From positions 46,192,001 through 46,256,000 of the forward strand of contig CM052816.1 in the NCBI GenBank assembly GCA_028534125.1: 64,000 nt of DNA, given 5' to 3'. Positions within the stretch are counted from its first letter, which is position 1, and every line of letters starts with the position of its first letter. The notes below the pieces were generated by a model. It was not told the DNA's origin, did not search any database, and was given only the letters and a program-made list of their open reading frames with translations. Origin of the DNA: Lama glama (Eukaryota). Shown in pieces: positions 1 through 13,531 of the stretch. A program made the translations under genes and the position numbers.

Positions 1-145
1 TGGGTTCTAATTTTAGGTCTGCCAACAACTGATAGAGTGATCTTGGACAATTTATTTTTCTTATCTGGCTCTTGGATTCCTCACCTATTAATTAAGGGTT
101 TAACTTGCATTGTTGGAAGGTTTTTATTATTTCTAACATATATGG
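1..145 (+). mobile_element. MIR SINE fragment
   Basis: Degenerate MIR core (gggttc..tctgcca..gtgatcttggacaa..ttcctcacct). Confidence 0.7.
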
Positions 146-949
146 TTTAATAAATATTTTATTCTCTGTCCTAGTCTACATCTCTGGCTAGGGAAAGACC
201 CTGACTGTGTACTCAGTGGAGAGAAAGACACATGGAGACAAAATAGATATTGTTTTCTAGGTCATTTTTTTAAATCAGTTGTCAGATTCCTTTGGATTCA
301 TTTAGAGTTTTAATTCTTTTCCTTAGCAGAAGCTGAAAGTCTCTGATGGTCTGAATTACCACTTACCCTGGAAGAATTTTTTTCCTGCAAGATTCCCAAA
401 GAAATTCCTTCATGGTCCTCTTGGCAGAGGGACTTTGCTCCAGGGCCACCAGCTCTCTCTCATTAGTGCTGACACAGCTCTCCTGTCAGGTCTAAATCTT
501 AAGGAGGATTATGCCCTCACCAGAGTGAATGGCTTCCCATCTGCTTCAGGGAAATTCCATAGCTCAGGAGTGTTGGAGCACATCATGTGGTCACAATAAC
601 AAAAATCCATTTTTTGTTACATGTAGTTGGAGCAGTTGTGATCCAAATTAGTGTAAGGGTATTCACTTTTGTCTGTATTTGAACTGGAGCTAAAAGAGGA
701 ATATTCTTTTTCCTTTGGGTCTAAACCCAAACCAATGGTGACTGATGGCCTAAGTCATACATTTTGTTTTTCTGTTAAGATTTTCTTAATTCTACATAAA
801 TGAATGATTCCATCGGAGACTGTCCTTTGTAGTGCCAAAATTGCTACCAAGTGTAAAGCTAGCCTCTTGTAAAAACTGCATTAACTCTTCAAAGACATTT
901 GATTTCTAGTTACTGTAGTGAAGTCATTATTACATGGAAATGAATCTGG

Positions 950-1085
950 TGCATCATTGATTTATAAATTTTTGCGAGCATTAAACCTATGCCAGGCAGT
1001 AGGATATTCCTAAGTATACAATAGTCAAACAAACAAACAAACAAAATCTTCCTCTCTTTCTTTGCCTTTGTGGACTTAGAATCTG
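950..1085 (-). mobile_element. L2 3' fragment
   Basis: gagca..tatgccaggca..gccttt..ggacttag resembles the reversed L2 3' end. Confidence 0.5.
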
Positions 1086-1714
1086 TGGATGTCATTATGC
1101 AAAGTTCTTAAATTTCAAGCCTTACATCCAAGAACCTGAACTCAGTGGCTAAATAGGGAAATCAAATTTTAAAGAATGACTAGACATTCAAAAGGATCCT
1201 CCACCTATAGGTAGAAGAATTATTTTCAAGCTTCTCTTTCTTCTACAAATATTGTGTTACTTCATTTGATTTATCTGGTATTGTGCTAAGCCCTGAGGAG
1301 TCAGGAGTGAAGGAGACAAATGTGCCTTTTGTCCTTAGAGTTTCTGACCCATGGCTGTCTTAGATTCTGCTTAGAGAATTCCGTGTTTAATGGCTGAGAG
1401 TCTGGACCACGACTAAATTATTAACAACACAGTTCTAATCTTCATATAAATGCTTTCTGCTCATATGTATCCTCCTCCCAGGGTGCCCAGGACTTGGTTC
1501 TTCTTTCCCTTCTAAAACTATAAACATGGCGGAGTGGCTGTGTGTGTGTGTGTGTGCACTTGACCATATTTGGTTTGTCAAGAGTGTTGCAGCTTGGGAG
1601 GAAAATGAAATGAGAGAATAACTCTCACATCTTAGATATGCCCCATCAAGCTTGCATATTAGTTACAGCCTGCTCCACTCTATCCCATGCAAACCGGTAT
1701 ATGGTGGGTTTAGA

Positions 1715-1870
1715 CTACTAGATTTAGAGTCAGAAGCTTGAGTCTGATTTCCAGCTCTATCACTTAATACCTGAGTGATCTTGGTCAGTTTATTTCTTAT
1801 CTCTGAGTTAGAATAATCTCATCTGTAAGATGGGGATAATAATTCCCATTGTCTGCTTAATCGATTTTGT
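1715..1870 (+). mobile_element. MIR
   Basis: gagtcaga..ccagctct..gtgatcttgg..ctcatctgtaagatggggataataat. Confidence 0.8.
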
Positions 1871-2254
1871 TAAAAAAGAAATTAGATTGCACAGGAGAGT
1901 CAGGACAGTTCTTTTAATATGTAGTATTAGCACCTTTCTGTGTAATAAAAGGAGTTCATACTACAGTTCCATCTCACTCTCGTGGCCATTGACAACTGTA
2001 AGGAGTGAGGAGGAAGGAGTGCTGTCTGCTCATAACCCCTTATACACCCTAACCGTCCTTATTCTTTGCTGTTCATCGTTTGTCCAAAACACCATTTGCC
2101 AGGGATGAAGTCGTGCTCTGAGTGTAAGTAGAACAGCTGGTTGGCTGGGTGCACATGCATTGAAGTGCACCTTCTCTCATGGAGGGAAGGCTTTCACAAG
2201 GTTCCCCTTAACCATGCTTCACTCTACCATGAAGTATTTCCTATCCCTATGGGT

Positions 2255-2390
2255 CAGTTACCTCATTTCACTAATGAGGCATGGATAAGTTAAATGATAT
2301 CACTTAGGCACAAATGACAATTAGATGGCAGAGCCGGAATTAGAACCCGTTAGACGGCTTTACTTCCAGGTCTGTTCTCATGTCATTGAA
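2255..2390 (-). mobile_element. MIR
   Basis: aagttaaatga..ggcagagccggaattagaaccc. Confidence 0.7.
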
Positions 2391-2869
2391 CAAGGCTCAT
2401 CCTCTATTTTAGCTCAGATTTCTTATTTACAGTTGTCGTTTTGTTGTCTTAAATTTCACATATTAGCACTTTGACCCCTTAAAAACAGGTTTAAATGATT
2501 GTAGCACTCTTGCCTCAATGCACTTTTATTTTTGCTTAATCAATTCGTCAGGACCTTCTTTTGTTAGCAAGAGAAAGGCAGAGACCAAGAACTTTACTGA
2601 CAGCTCGAAACACTCAATTATTCATTGGAATTGGTCGTCTTTTATAGAAGCAAAATAGACACAACCAGAATTATCATGCTTGAACAAGTGAGCTGCTCTA
2701 GACCTGAGCATGAATGGAATATGCCTGTGCTATGAAAGCAAAACTATGGAATTTTATTTTATAATTTTTCACATTAGAAATTGTATTTTCCATATGCACC
2801 TAGTATGCCTGTATCTGTCTGTATAACTTAGGACCAAATTCATCAGAAGTAGACAGTTCAAGTGTGATA

Positions 2870-3150
2870 ATTGACACTGTGGAGTCATCAGAAAACCTTC
2901 CTTTCTCTCTTTTTCTGCTTCATCATTCTCAATATGTGGCTTCCATCCTCATTTTCCAAGGTGGCTGCTAGAGCTCCAGTTCTCATGTCAGTATTCTAGG
3001 CAGCAGAAAGGAGCACAATGGGAAGAAAAGAAGGGTGTGCACAAGTTGCCTGTCTTCCTTTCAAAGAAGTTCTTCTGCAAGTCCCACACAATAACCTCTG
3101 CTTATGTCACTTGGCTAGATCTTATAATCATAACCTTTCTTAGTTGTGTA
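2870..3150. mobile_element. Old MaLR LTR fragment (MLT1J/K/L-like)
   Basis: ccaaggtggctgctagagctccag..ctctgcttatgtcacttggctaga motifs typical of old MLT1 LTRs. Confidence 0.6.
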
Positions 3151-5048
3151 GAGATAAAAGCTTCTTTTTTGTTAAGAATACCCACATTCATCTTTGCCAT
3201 TCTGCCTCTCAGAAAGCCAAAGCTAGCAGTTATGTATACATTCCCACATTTCTCTAGAATTATACAAATAATTGATATGAATGTTGTTCATAATCTGAAT
3301 TGGATTATACTATACAAAGTATTCTGCAGCTTAATTTTTCACCTACTCTAGATTCAATACTTATAGATGTCCCCATTCTTTTTAATAGCTGCTTAAAATT
3401 CTTTACTATTGATCTGCCATAACTATTTCACAAAGAAGACAACTTTAACTAATTAAGAGGTCCAGAAGAGCAGCAAAATCAGCTTGATGAGGTACTAAAG
3501 ACAGTTAACAAAGCCAACAGCCCACAAGGCTGAGACAAAGTTAGAGGTTTTAAGGTCGAGCACGTTAAGTGGGTTAACGTGGCTAGCTAAGGACACGGAG
3601 CATGCTCAGTGTGACTGCAGCGTTTTCAGGACAGAGGGGGCACTTTTAGCATAGCTTCTTATGCCACAAAATCCCTAAAGATGCCATTTATGCCATCTGG
3701 CTTTGTTGTTCCTCTCAATCAGCATCTTTAGACATTTCTCCTATTCATTTTTTCCCTTTTCAAAACATCTCTCCAATCAAATCACCATCTAATTTCTAAA
3801 TTCTGAAAAAAAAGAGTTTAAAAAAATTAAACACTTTTGCCCTTAAACCACTTCTTCTAGTTATTAGTCCACCTGTTGACAGCCTTTCTTTCCATTCTGA
3901 GTTTGAAGAATTATTTGAGCTCTTTCACACGTTTTTTTTCTTGTCTTTATTCTGCCCTCTTGCCCCCGTTCCTTCTTTTTCCATGATTGTCCTCACCCTG
4001 TTATGCTTGTCAGATAATAACTTATTGAAACACAAACCAGAATATATGTTTTCATCTTGAGTTTGCATAAATATTTAAAATTTTACATAGAAAAGAGCTT
4101 AGAGTCTGAATCTCCAGGTTTACTGTTTCTCCTGAAATTTGAGCCTCAAACCGTGAACTGCTCTTCTCCCTAGCCATGCCCTGTCCAATTCGTGAGGCTG
4201 AATGGCCGTTGTGAGCAGGTGAATAAATGAACAAAGTAAGTAAAAAAGCAAAGGTGACCCTAAAAGAGACTAAAGAAAGGTTTTCTCTGGAACACAGACA
4301 TGTAGATATGTCAACATGCGGGGCAGGCAGATAAGATCCGGAAACAAACACCAGGCTGCTCAGTTTCTTTCTGCTGATCCAAGCTTGAAGGATTTTCCTT
4401 CCCTTTGTGTTTTGTGGACTGAGGCTGGGTAAATCGGGAAGCAGTGAAGATGTTCATGGGGAAGGCTTCATGTATCAATGCATTTTTAATATGTCAATTT
4501 TCTGGTGTTGTTACTTACAATGAGATCAGTTGGAGTATCAGGAAATTGGAGGACTGGTTCTGAGAGCATCCAACAGCATAACCACATGCTTCATTGGTCT
4601 TTGATACCACTTTTACTAAGGAACATGATCTATATTTATACAAAGATTAGTGACAACACTAGTAAGAAAACAGATCTCAGAGAATCTCATATATGGAAGT
4701 AATTTGCATGTGAGGTAACTGAAGAGGTAAAATGATTTTTCCCAATTCATCATTATTGGCAAAGTCAGAAACAATCTCTTGTCCATTGTGCAAGCTCCCC
4801 GCACTCTGCCCTGGGTCCCAGGCTGCTTCAGATATGACCTGATGGATGTAGCTAAATCTTCCATTATTTCCAAGAAAAATGTAGTCACCTAACATTTCAT
4901 GGAATGTTGATTACATACCAGATACCACCGTGCAAGATGTTTTCATTTACTCCATGAATATTAATCCAGGGACATTTATGTGCTGTCTGTAGACACTGTG
5001 GATGAGTCACAGAAGGTCTTTGTCCTCATGGAGCTTACCCCTCCCTGG

Positions 5049-5051
<3 letters not shown>

Positions 5052-5094
<43 letters not shown>
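5052..5094. repeat. (TG)n microsatellite
   Basis: Direct read. Confidence 0.97.
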
Positions 5095-5099
<5 letters not shown>

Positions 5100-5169
5100 C
5101 TGGTAGTGTTCTATGTTAAATGAACATCTGAGTTAGGATAGAGAATAGTGTAGAAGAGAAGGAAGAGTG

Positions 5170-5350
5170 CTCCTTTATATTATCTCATTTAATTCTAACA
5201 TCAAGTCTGTGAGACAGGAACTAGTATTATCTCTAATACACGGATAAAGAAATCAAGGCTCAGGGGAGTTCAGTAACACCTTCAAGTTCATATCTTGGAG
5301 GGCACAGAGCAAGCTCTAAGCCTGAGCCTAACTCGCTCCAGAGTTGTGCT
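5170..5350 (-). mobile_element. MIR
   Basis: atctcatttaattct..gataaagaaatcaaggctcagggg. Confidence 0.75.
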
Positions 5351-5927
5351 TTGTGTGTCACTGCGCCCATTTGCCACTAAATAAGAATGTCATGGGAATT
5401 TTTATTCAAAGCAGTGACTGTTGCATGAGAAAATACAGCGGGTAAGTGCTGATGATTAAGTATCTAAACAGTTGAGCTGAGTTGCTTAATGAAGTTAAGG
5501 CTCATGGCGTCACAACTTGAGTTATTTCATCTTGAGAATTGCGGAAAAGAGGCCAAATAAAAAATGCATTATTGGATTCATCTGGTTCTTATTTTCAAGG
5601 CTCAAAGAATCAGCTAATAGATACACAATTCTTGAAGCCATGCTGTTCATAGCAAGGTCAGCAGCTAATAAAGACATCTACTGTTTAAGCATGGATCAGA
5701 CCACTTGACTTTTCTTGTATCACTGATACCAGCCATTTTTGGCTGAGAACCAGCAGAGTACTCAGTACAGCATGAAATAAGAGAGGTTTGGGGATCTGTT
5801 AATTGCATCTTGTCTCAGCTGTAGGAGGTACACTACTACAAAATCAGTCCCTTCCAATTATTCCAGGTTGCAGCTGGCACAGTGAACCCTGGGTTGTTTT
5901 TGCCCAATGAAAGAGTCTAATTTTATC

Positions 5928-6100
5928 GCAGAATCACAGGACTGGCAAGACCTTGAGAGGTCAGTGGAGGCTTTCAAGCAAGACTGCCCTGAGTGCATAT
6001 ATCTAATCCTATTTTAAACCTTCTTCAGAGAGGAGATTCCGTGAAAGCCAATGTCAGTAGTAAGCAACCTATTCTGTAGCCAGTCTAACATCCCTGGCTA
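5928..6100. mobile_element. L3/CR1 or MIR3-like fragment
   Basis: agaatcacagga..gaccttgagaggtca..ttttaaa..gaggagattcc. Confidence 0.45.
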
Positions 6101-6299
6101 GTGACTTCATTTAATTTCACAGGGTTCATAATGCTCATTTATTGTTGAAAGTTGAAATAACTCTTAAGTTTGGGTAGAGGGATTGACGATTTATAATTGA
6201 TAAATGGGATATTGTACTGTTTATGAGCTTAGTATGCCTGAATTGAACGCTTGTTCTATGGTAGCTTTAAGAATTCCAAAGAAATAAAAATGACTTTGA

Positions 6300-6710
6300 A
6301 GGACTTCTCACCTGGCCCCCACTTTCTCCCTCGTTCCCTTGCTCCAGGCACACTGGGCATTTTATATCCTCACACATGCCCAGCTTATTTCTTACTCAGG
6401 GCTTTTGCACTTGCTATTTGATCCTGTGCCTTTGACAGACCGCACTGACTCTCCCTGTGAAGGGCCCCTTCTCCTCAGAACAGTCGTCTCTGATCATCCT
6501 CAAGTTCCCTCAGAACACGAATCAGTCTCTAAAATTATCTTAGTTATCCCCTAGCTGGCACACTCCTTGTTTCTCTCCTTCCAAAAGAATGAATGAACTA
6601 TGTGACAGGACCTCACCTGACTTTTTTTGTTCTAACCATTGCAATTCCAGTGTCTAAAACAGGCAGATGCTAGGCATTCAATAAACACTTGCTAAACAAA
6701 TGAATGAAAG
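6300..6710 (+). mobile_element. L2 3' end
   Basis: ctcagggcttttgcacttgct..cattcaataaacacttgctaaacaaatgaatgaa tail. Confidence 0.8.
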
Positions 6711-6794
6711 GATATTCCCGTAGCAATAGATGGTGTAAAATGTTTATTAAGTCTTTGCTCAGAGAACTCCCAGAGTGCTCTGTTCTGCGAGGAT

Positions 6795-6950
6795 GTACAG
6801 TGTGCTTACATGAACTTTAAAGTCAGACCCTATGGCTTCAAATCCCAGATCCAGCATTTACCAACTATGAAATTTTGGGCAAGTTACTTAAATTCTCTGA
6901 GTTTTGGTTTGTAATCTGTGAGATGGTGACAATAAAACTGATCCCCCTTG
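6795..6950 (+). mobile_element. MIR
   Basis: agtcagacc..ttcaaatccca..ttgggcaagttacttaaattctctgag. Confidence 0.85.
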
Positions 6951-7699
6951 CTAGTTATTGGGGTGGGTGGATTATTCTACAAAACTAGATTATTTTACTT
7001 AGCACGTAACAAACTATTAATTTACTTGTTTAAACAATAGTTATTGAACATCTTCTATGGGCCAGGCACTGATCTAGGAGCAAAGAATACAAAAGTGATC
7101 AGTCGGTAAAAACCTTTCCCCTCAAAGCACACTTTGGTGCACATAGCACATGTTTCATATTATTTTAAGAACTGACTTCTGAATTTAACCTGCATGGGGA
7201 TTTAATTTGGACTCTAGTCAGTGTGCTAATGCAGGCTTTTCGTTCAATAGTCGATACATATTTATTGAGTACCTATTATGTTCCCAAGCATAATTATCCA
7301 GCTAATAATGATATACTGGGAAGTTTCTTAGAGAGGTCTATGTTTAAGAGGGCATGGCCAGTCTCACCTAAAAATAGACTGCTTCTATTTGACACGATAA
7401 TGCATAAAGAGATCTACAGAGGTACAAAAAACATATTTGTTTAATTTTGATTATATGTATTTCAGAAAGACTATCAACAAAAAAACAGGTGAATATTTCT
7501 TTGGACTTTTGATAAAGAAAGCCTTTTTTTCTGGAAGCAAAGCTGCTTCTTAGTTTTAATCAGTAAATCATGTGCATTGGTGAAAGAGTTAGAATTAGGA
7601 CCTTGATTTTCTGAAAAAGCTATTTTAAACTAGTAATCCATTCTCATCTTAGAATGTTTTTTTAAAAAAAGATAAACAGCCCCTCAAAACCCTTTATTA

Positions 7700-8060
7700 A
7701 TAATATATTAATATGTTTATATAAACATGTATTCACACATGTGTTTTTTAAACAAAAGTAAGTTTCTAATTCCAAAGTTCACCTTTTTATTTATTAATAT
7801 ATGGTACCGCATTCTATGTCAACAAATATACAGATTCCCTGTCATTTTTAATGACTGCACAAGATCTGTGCATAAATGTAGCATCATATATTTGTTCAGT
7901 CTTCAGTTGTTGAACATTTAAGTTGCTTCCAGTTGTTTTGCTATTGTAAACAATATTGGTATAAGTCTATCTCACAAAACACCTTTGGTAGTTACTTGAT
8001 TTCCTTAGGATATATTTGAAAAGAATTACTACACCTAAAAGGAAGGTACAGATTTTGATC
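7700..8060 (-). mobile_element. Old L1 (L1ME-like) fragment
   Basis: gaacatttaagttgcttccagttgttttgctattgtaaacaat..atttccttagga. Confidence 0.65.
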
Positions 8061-8129
8061 TAATTCTTAACATATGTAATAATAAACCAGTTAAAATGCA
8101 AAATGCGAAGTTTGGGAAATAGTTGCAAG

Positions 8130-8330
8130 ACATATGCAGTATAAAAAGCATAAAAGCATGATTGCTCGAACCAGCCTGCCAGAGTCCAACTTCTTTACTT
8201 GCTGGTTCTGTGAGCTGAGAAAGTTGCTTACTCTGTGTGTTCCGATTTCCTCATCTGTGAAAACAGAGATAATGATAGTATCATCTATAAGGGTAATTGT
8301 GAGGAGTAAATATAAAATATCCTGAACTGC
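8130..8330 (+). mobile_element. MIR
   Basis: tttcctcatctgtgaaaacagagataatgatagtatcatctataaggg..gtgagga. Confidence 0.85.
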
Positions 8331-8499
8331 ATCTACACCAAAGAATGGTTATGCAGAGGTTTGTTAGTAAAAATGTCAGCAATGAGTAACTTCCTAAATC
8401 TCCAAAGAGTTTAGAGATCAGTAAGATTAACACTTATAATAAGTGTTAGCTTATTATAATAATAAGATAACACAATACCTGAGCAATCAACAAAATAAG

Positions 8500-9420
8500 T
8501 AATGTAACAGAGTGATCACAGAAGTATACAGATAGCTAATTAATATATTAAAAATGTTTACTGTGTCTAAAAATAAAAAAACACAAGAGTTAAATACATA
8601 AAATATATCTTGGTCCATCTAATTTAAAAATATTTAAGTGAGAATTAACCAATACTAAGTTCCCCTGAACTCATTTGGATAGCAATGTAAATTTGATTGA
8701 CGCATTTGGAAAATAATTTGAACAAATATATTAACAGCTTCAAAAAGAGTTTCCCCTTCTGATTTTGTAATTCTCTTTCTGAGAGTAATCTTAAGGATAT
8801 AATCCAAAAAATGCATGAATCTGTTTATTAAGATGGCAAAACAAACAAAGTAGTTAACAGGTGAGCTTGGGATCAGGTAAAGCGCATCTTTAATTCTGCC
8901 TCGACCATTAACTGTTAGTTTGAGACAAATGTTTAATCTCTTTTAAGTGAATTCTTTGACCTGACTATGAAGTTAATACCTGCCATAATGGTTTTGTTAC
9001 AAATAGTACACAGTTCCTAGCACAGAGCAAATGCTTACAAAATGATAAAAATTGCTACTATTAGTAATAACTCCAAATTTTAGATAACCTAAATAATTGC
9101 AGAGACATAAATTACCACATTTTTTTCAAATATTTTAAAGGCATATATAATGTCTTGAACATTCTAATGGATATTATGTTTTGTTAAAAAATGGAATTCA
9201 AAAGTGAATCTAAAAAAACTCAAAAACAAACACAAAAAAGTGAACCTGTTGTATAAAATTAACTATGTAAAACTGTACATTTAGAAGGTAAAATAACATC
9301 TGACGATGGTTATTTCTGTATGGTAGAGTAATAATTTTTATTATTTCTCTCTATATATATATGTATAACTCATCATTTTTAAGCTTTCTATGGTATGTAT
9401 ACGTGGTGCTCTTACATATA
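8500..9420 (+). mobile_element. Old L1ME fragments interrupted by a MIR (about 8860-9060)
   Basis: aatgtaaattt..ttggaaaataattt..; 3' UTR-like tggttatttctg..tggtagag; MIR core inside. Confidence 0.55.
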
Positions 9421-12099
9421 GAAAATAGGTATTTGTATTAATAAAACAGTCTTAAGTAAAATGTTTACAATTACAATAATATATAAATAAGAATGTAATA
9501 AGTATGATTTCTTTGGTTTAAAATCTGGTGTTTCCTCTTATTCTAGCATCTTCCTATCGTCAAATATTTATTATGTGTTCTGAGGCACTTAGCACTTGCT
9601 AGAGGCAAGCCTGAATAAGTCCCTATCCTCAGGGTATACGCACAGAGACACAGCTCACCAGTAACACTCACTAAGGTATAAGAAATGTATACGTGTTCAT
9701 GGTGACTTTTGAGTAAATTCAGAATGACAATAAATATTTCAGAGTAGATTTTTATGCCCATTGGTATACGAAGATGAAATTCATTTAAAGTTTAACATTT
9801 TTAACAGACTGGAAGGTAACATTTTCTCCAGGAAAATGAAAGACTCAAATTTTCAAGTTACTATAAAGTTTTAGTCATGGAGTATAGAAGCATATACACT
9901 GGGCAGAGCAAGAGGTTTTACTAGATGTCAATCTACAAGTAATTAGCAGTTAATATATTCCATGAAATAAGAAGAATCACCATCTCTACTTGTGTTATCT
10001 AAAAACCTTCCATCTTTATTTGACTTTGCTTGTGAGGTTGGCTGGAGTGTACTAAGCAGATTGATTAGTTGATTCGCTTTGATTCTTATCGGTTATGAAC
10101 CAAGGTCTTCCCAGAAAATCAGTTATAGTGTGAAATTTTACCATCCTTAAAATAACGAATAAACATAACAAAAAGCCAAGTGAAATGAAAGATCTGAATG
10201 ATATTCTAAAGTGAAGTTGGGTTCCACCCCCTCCCACCTTTATTTTGGTAAGGATAGAGTCCTGTGTCTCCCATTCAACGCTCTTCCCTCTGCGCTGGCA
10301 CAGAGTGTGTTTAGCGTCAGAAAACACTAGCACAAAGAATAAGATGGCATTATAATGTGGCCCTAATATGTAAATTAGTAATATTAGTAACATTAACTTT
10401 CCAGTGAAAATATTAATGACTACAAAAGTACATAGAGGCTTGAGTGGGCTGATATTCCTTGCCACCTTCAAATTTTGATAAAGATGATTCTGGACTCTTC
10501 ATTTCGTCAGTTCTCATCTCTGTATGTGTACACATGCAGCCTTACAGTCACATGTGGTGAAAGAAATGAGTTACTTTTTGGAAGTAAGGGGACTGTACCT
10601 AGTTATTTATCATCGTGGTAGTCAAATATTTGTGAAAGTAGAATTTTAGTAAAACTCTAATATATCAAATACATAAGCAAGGCATGCTCATTACAGGAAA
10701 TAGGAAAATATGAAAATCAGAGGGAAGAAAAACTATCGCATTTCCAATACCTATAGGCAGATACTTGGACAATTTGGTAAATTCCATCCCCATTTTCCAG
10801 CATGCACTGCCCACTTCCCCCACAATCACACACAACTATAGCTGTTTTTCATATTAAATAGATCTAAAGAAAACACCTGTCTCTCTCCTTTGTTTCTTTG
10901 TTCCTGAATTCCTTACATCATATTTAGAAGCATTTGAAACATTTATATTAATCCTCTGGTTCTTTTCACATCTCTCCTAATAGATATAAAAGCTATGCAT
11001 CTCATTCAATTAGCAGGTGGAAATTATATTTAACCCCCAAAATGGAAGTGATCACAATGTACAATATTCTTTCAGTGGTTCTGCCCCATTCTAAATAAGG
11101 AAAATAATAGCACCAGCCCAAAGTTCTATTATGAGAATTAAATGAATTTACATATGTGAATGACTTAGAATAATGGCAAGCATATAGTATGAGTTCAACA
11201 AATATTAGCTATTATTATTTGTGGGTGTCATTGTTATTGTTATCTTTCACATGGTTCTTGTGGTTTTATAGAAAGTAACAGGTCAAAGAAAGGAGGAAAA
11301 ATGGGGCCACATCATTATCAGTCAAAGCAAAGACAGCAAAGCAAAAAAGCTGTGTTTTTTCCACTATTTTTTTTTACCGCAGTGTAAGCAGAGAATCATT
11401 ACATATACACATTGAGAAACAAACCCTCTTTGTGAGCATACATGGAAAGATTGGGCTCTGAGACTACAAAATATTTAAAATATTATGTAAATGCAATATA
11501 ACAAATTATCATCATAAATACCGTGAAACCTCTCAAGATAATTATTTCTCATGATCATTGTGTAACCAAAGCTAATATTTACTATTCAACAGAAGAGTAA
11601 AATAAATAACCTCATGGAATTTGTAGTATCTTAATTAATCTAATTTCATCCATAAAATATATGAGTCAACTTGGCGGGAATCAAATGCAATTTTATTTAT
11701 CAATTTAAAATTTAAAAATCCAGTTGACATTTTAAAAATTGTATAAAAGTAAAAAGAAACAACAAAAAAGGATTATTGCTTTTAAAGACATCCTTTCTGC
11801 TTTTCCTACTCAAAAATGGCTCTGATTAAAATTTTTAGCTTTGGCAAGCAGTTATCCAAAAATATGATCAAATGATAAGTGGATGAGGAATTCATGACTA
11901 AAACCCAGCTTTATGCTATGCTTTCTAAGTAATATTTTTCAACCAAATTTGAGTAATTATTTGTATAATGCAGACTGAAGTGACTAATATTTGAGCAGTC
12001 TATTCAAAACTTAAAGTGGGTAAAATGGTCATGTTATAGGGATCCAAAGGACAAAGAGAATTTCACGTTTAAATTCGTTTACATTTCTCCTGCTTATCA

Positions 12100-12522
12100 C
12101 ACTGTCACAGATTGGGAGACAGAGGTGCAGGATGCAATTTGAGAAGCTCTCTTGAGGTCCACACATGTGGCAGGAAAGGAAAGAAGCAGAGGGAGGCGTT
12201 GAACTGCATCACAGGCCTCGTGCCATCCTTGGCTGACCCTACTGGGAGCTCTGGAGCTGAAATGGCCCTTCACTGGTCCCCCATCTTGAGCCCAAAATGG
12301 CAAAGTCTTTATATCTAAGTCTCCATTAGACAATGGGATGTTGGCCTCCCCAACGAGGGTGTGGCCTTGGATGAGGCAGTTTTGCCTGGCTGGGGCAATT
12401 TCTTGAAGGGGCTTATAGCTAATGATTATCTGTCAGTAGTGTGCCAGGTATGAGGACAACAAGCTCTTCCCTGAGGGATGAACTGGGCAAAACCTCATGA
12501 TCTGGGCAAAATGTCCACCATA
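12100..12522 (-). mobile_element. ERVL-type solo LTR (LTR33-like)
   Basis: gggagctctggagctgaaatggcccttca..ctttata..gtggccttggatgaggcag; GC-rich island; TATAAAG on minus. Confidence 0.6.
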
Positions 12523-12649
12523 TGTCTGTCCTGTTTATTTAGACAAGTAGTGTAATTTCAGAGTAAACCTTCAAGGGAAGTTTTGTGAACCATTTTTTCC
12601 TCTTCCTCTCTCCTACCTAATTTCATCAAGTTAATTCATAATTGTCATT

Positions 12650-12862
12650 GAGACAAAACTTCTGCATCACCTCCTTCAGGAAGCCTTTGTCACTTGTACT
12701 AAGTTTTGTTTTAGAACTGTCCTTTAATATGTCAGTTTCCCTCAGAGAAGGAGAGCGCCATTAGATTGTGTCTGGAGCATCTTGGTATCTTAATTGTCTA
12801 CCACATAATCTGCATTTTAATAAGCCATTCAATTGAATATTTATTGAATGAATGAATGAATT
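12650..12862 (+). mobile_element. L2 3' end
   Basis: catcacctccttcaggaagcct..aatatttattgaatgaatgaatgaa. Confidence 0.8.
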
Positions 12863-13531
12863 TTTCTTGTGTCTGTTGGCTCCATCATCTTAATCCCTCC
12901 TAATCCTTCTACACAGCAAAATTAATACATGATGTTCTCTTTACGACCACTTGCAAGCTCTGTTTATAAAAAGAAAAAAAAACTGTCTTTGTCTTTGTCA
13001 TCAGTGTATCACCAGGGCCTGGCTTAAAAGAGTTTAGTAATCATTCAGTGGATGAATATTGATTTAATAGCTCTGAAGGTGGCAATGATGTAGTCTGTAT
13101 GCAAGGAACTACTTGATTTGGAGATTTGTTGTAATTAGTGTTGGAGGCTTTAGTAAACCTCAGAAAAAAAAGTTGACATCAAAATTTTAATTTCCCTAGC
13201 AAATACTTATTGTCACACAAATATGATTCTTGACTACAAAAATTCCAAAGTTATTTAAATTAAAAATGGAAAGGGCTCAATGATTAGGTCACTCAAATTA
13301 CTGTCTGAATACTAAACAGTTCCTCCATTTCCCACCCCAACTCCTCAAAATAGGAAATTTAACATCTTTAGAATGAAAAGTTTTATTAATCTCTCCTAAT
13401 AACTACCTAACTGGCTAGTGACTGTTCATACTTTATAGATACGGCAATACGGACACAAACTCTATAGGACTTGATTAAGTCAGATTTATAATGTAAGTAG
13501 TATTACTTGACTCAACTGCTGCTGTTTAAAC

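Noticed and set aside
3615..3645. AGAGGGGGCAC CTCF-like core
   Set aside because: Lacks the conserved 5' CC of the motif.
10272..10282. CATTCAACGCT, resembling miR-181a; also TATTGCAC near 24641
   Set aside because: Seed-length matches only, with no mature sequence or precursor hairpin.
10052..10471. 139-aa hydrophobic minus-strand ORF
   Set aside because: Non-ATG start and composition typical of random AT-rich DNA.
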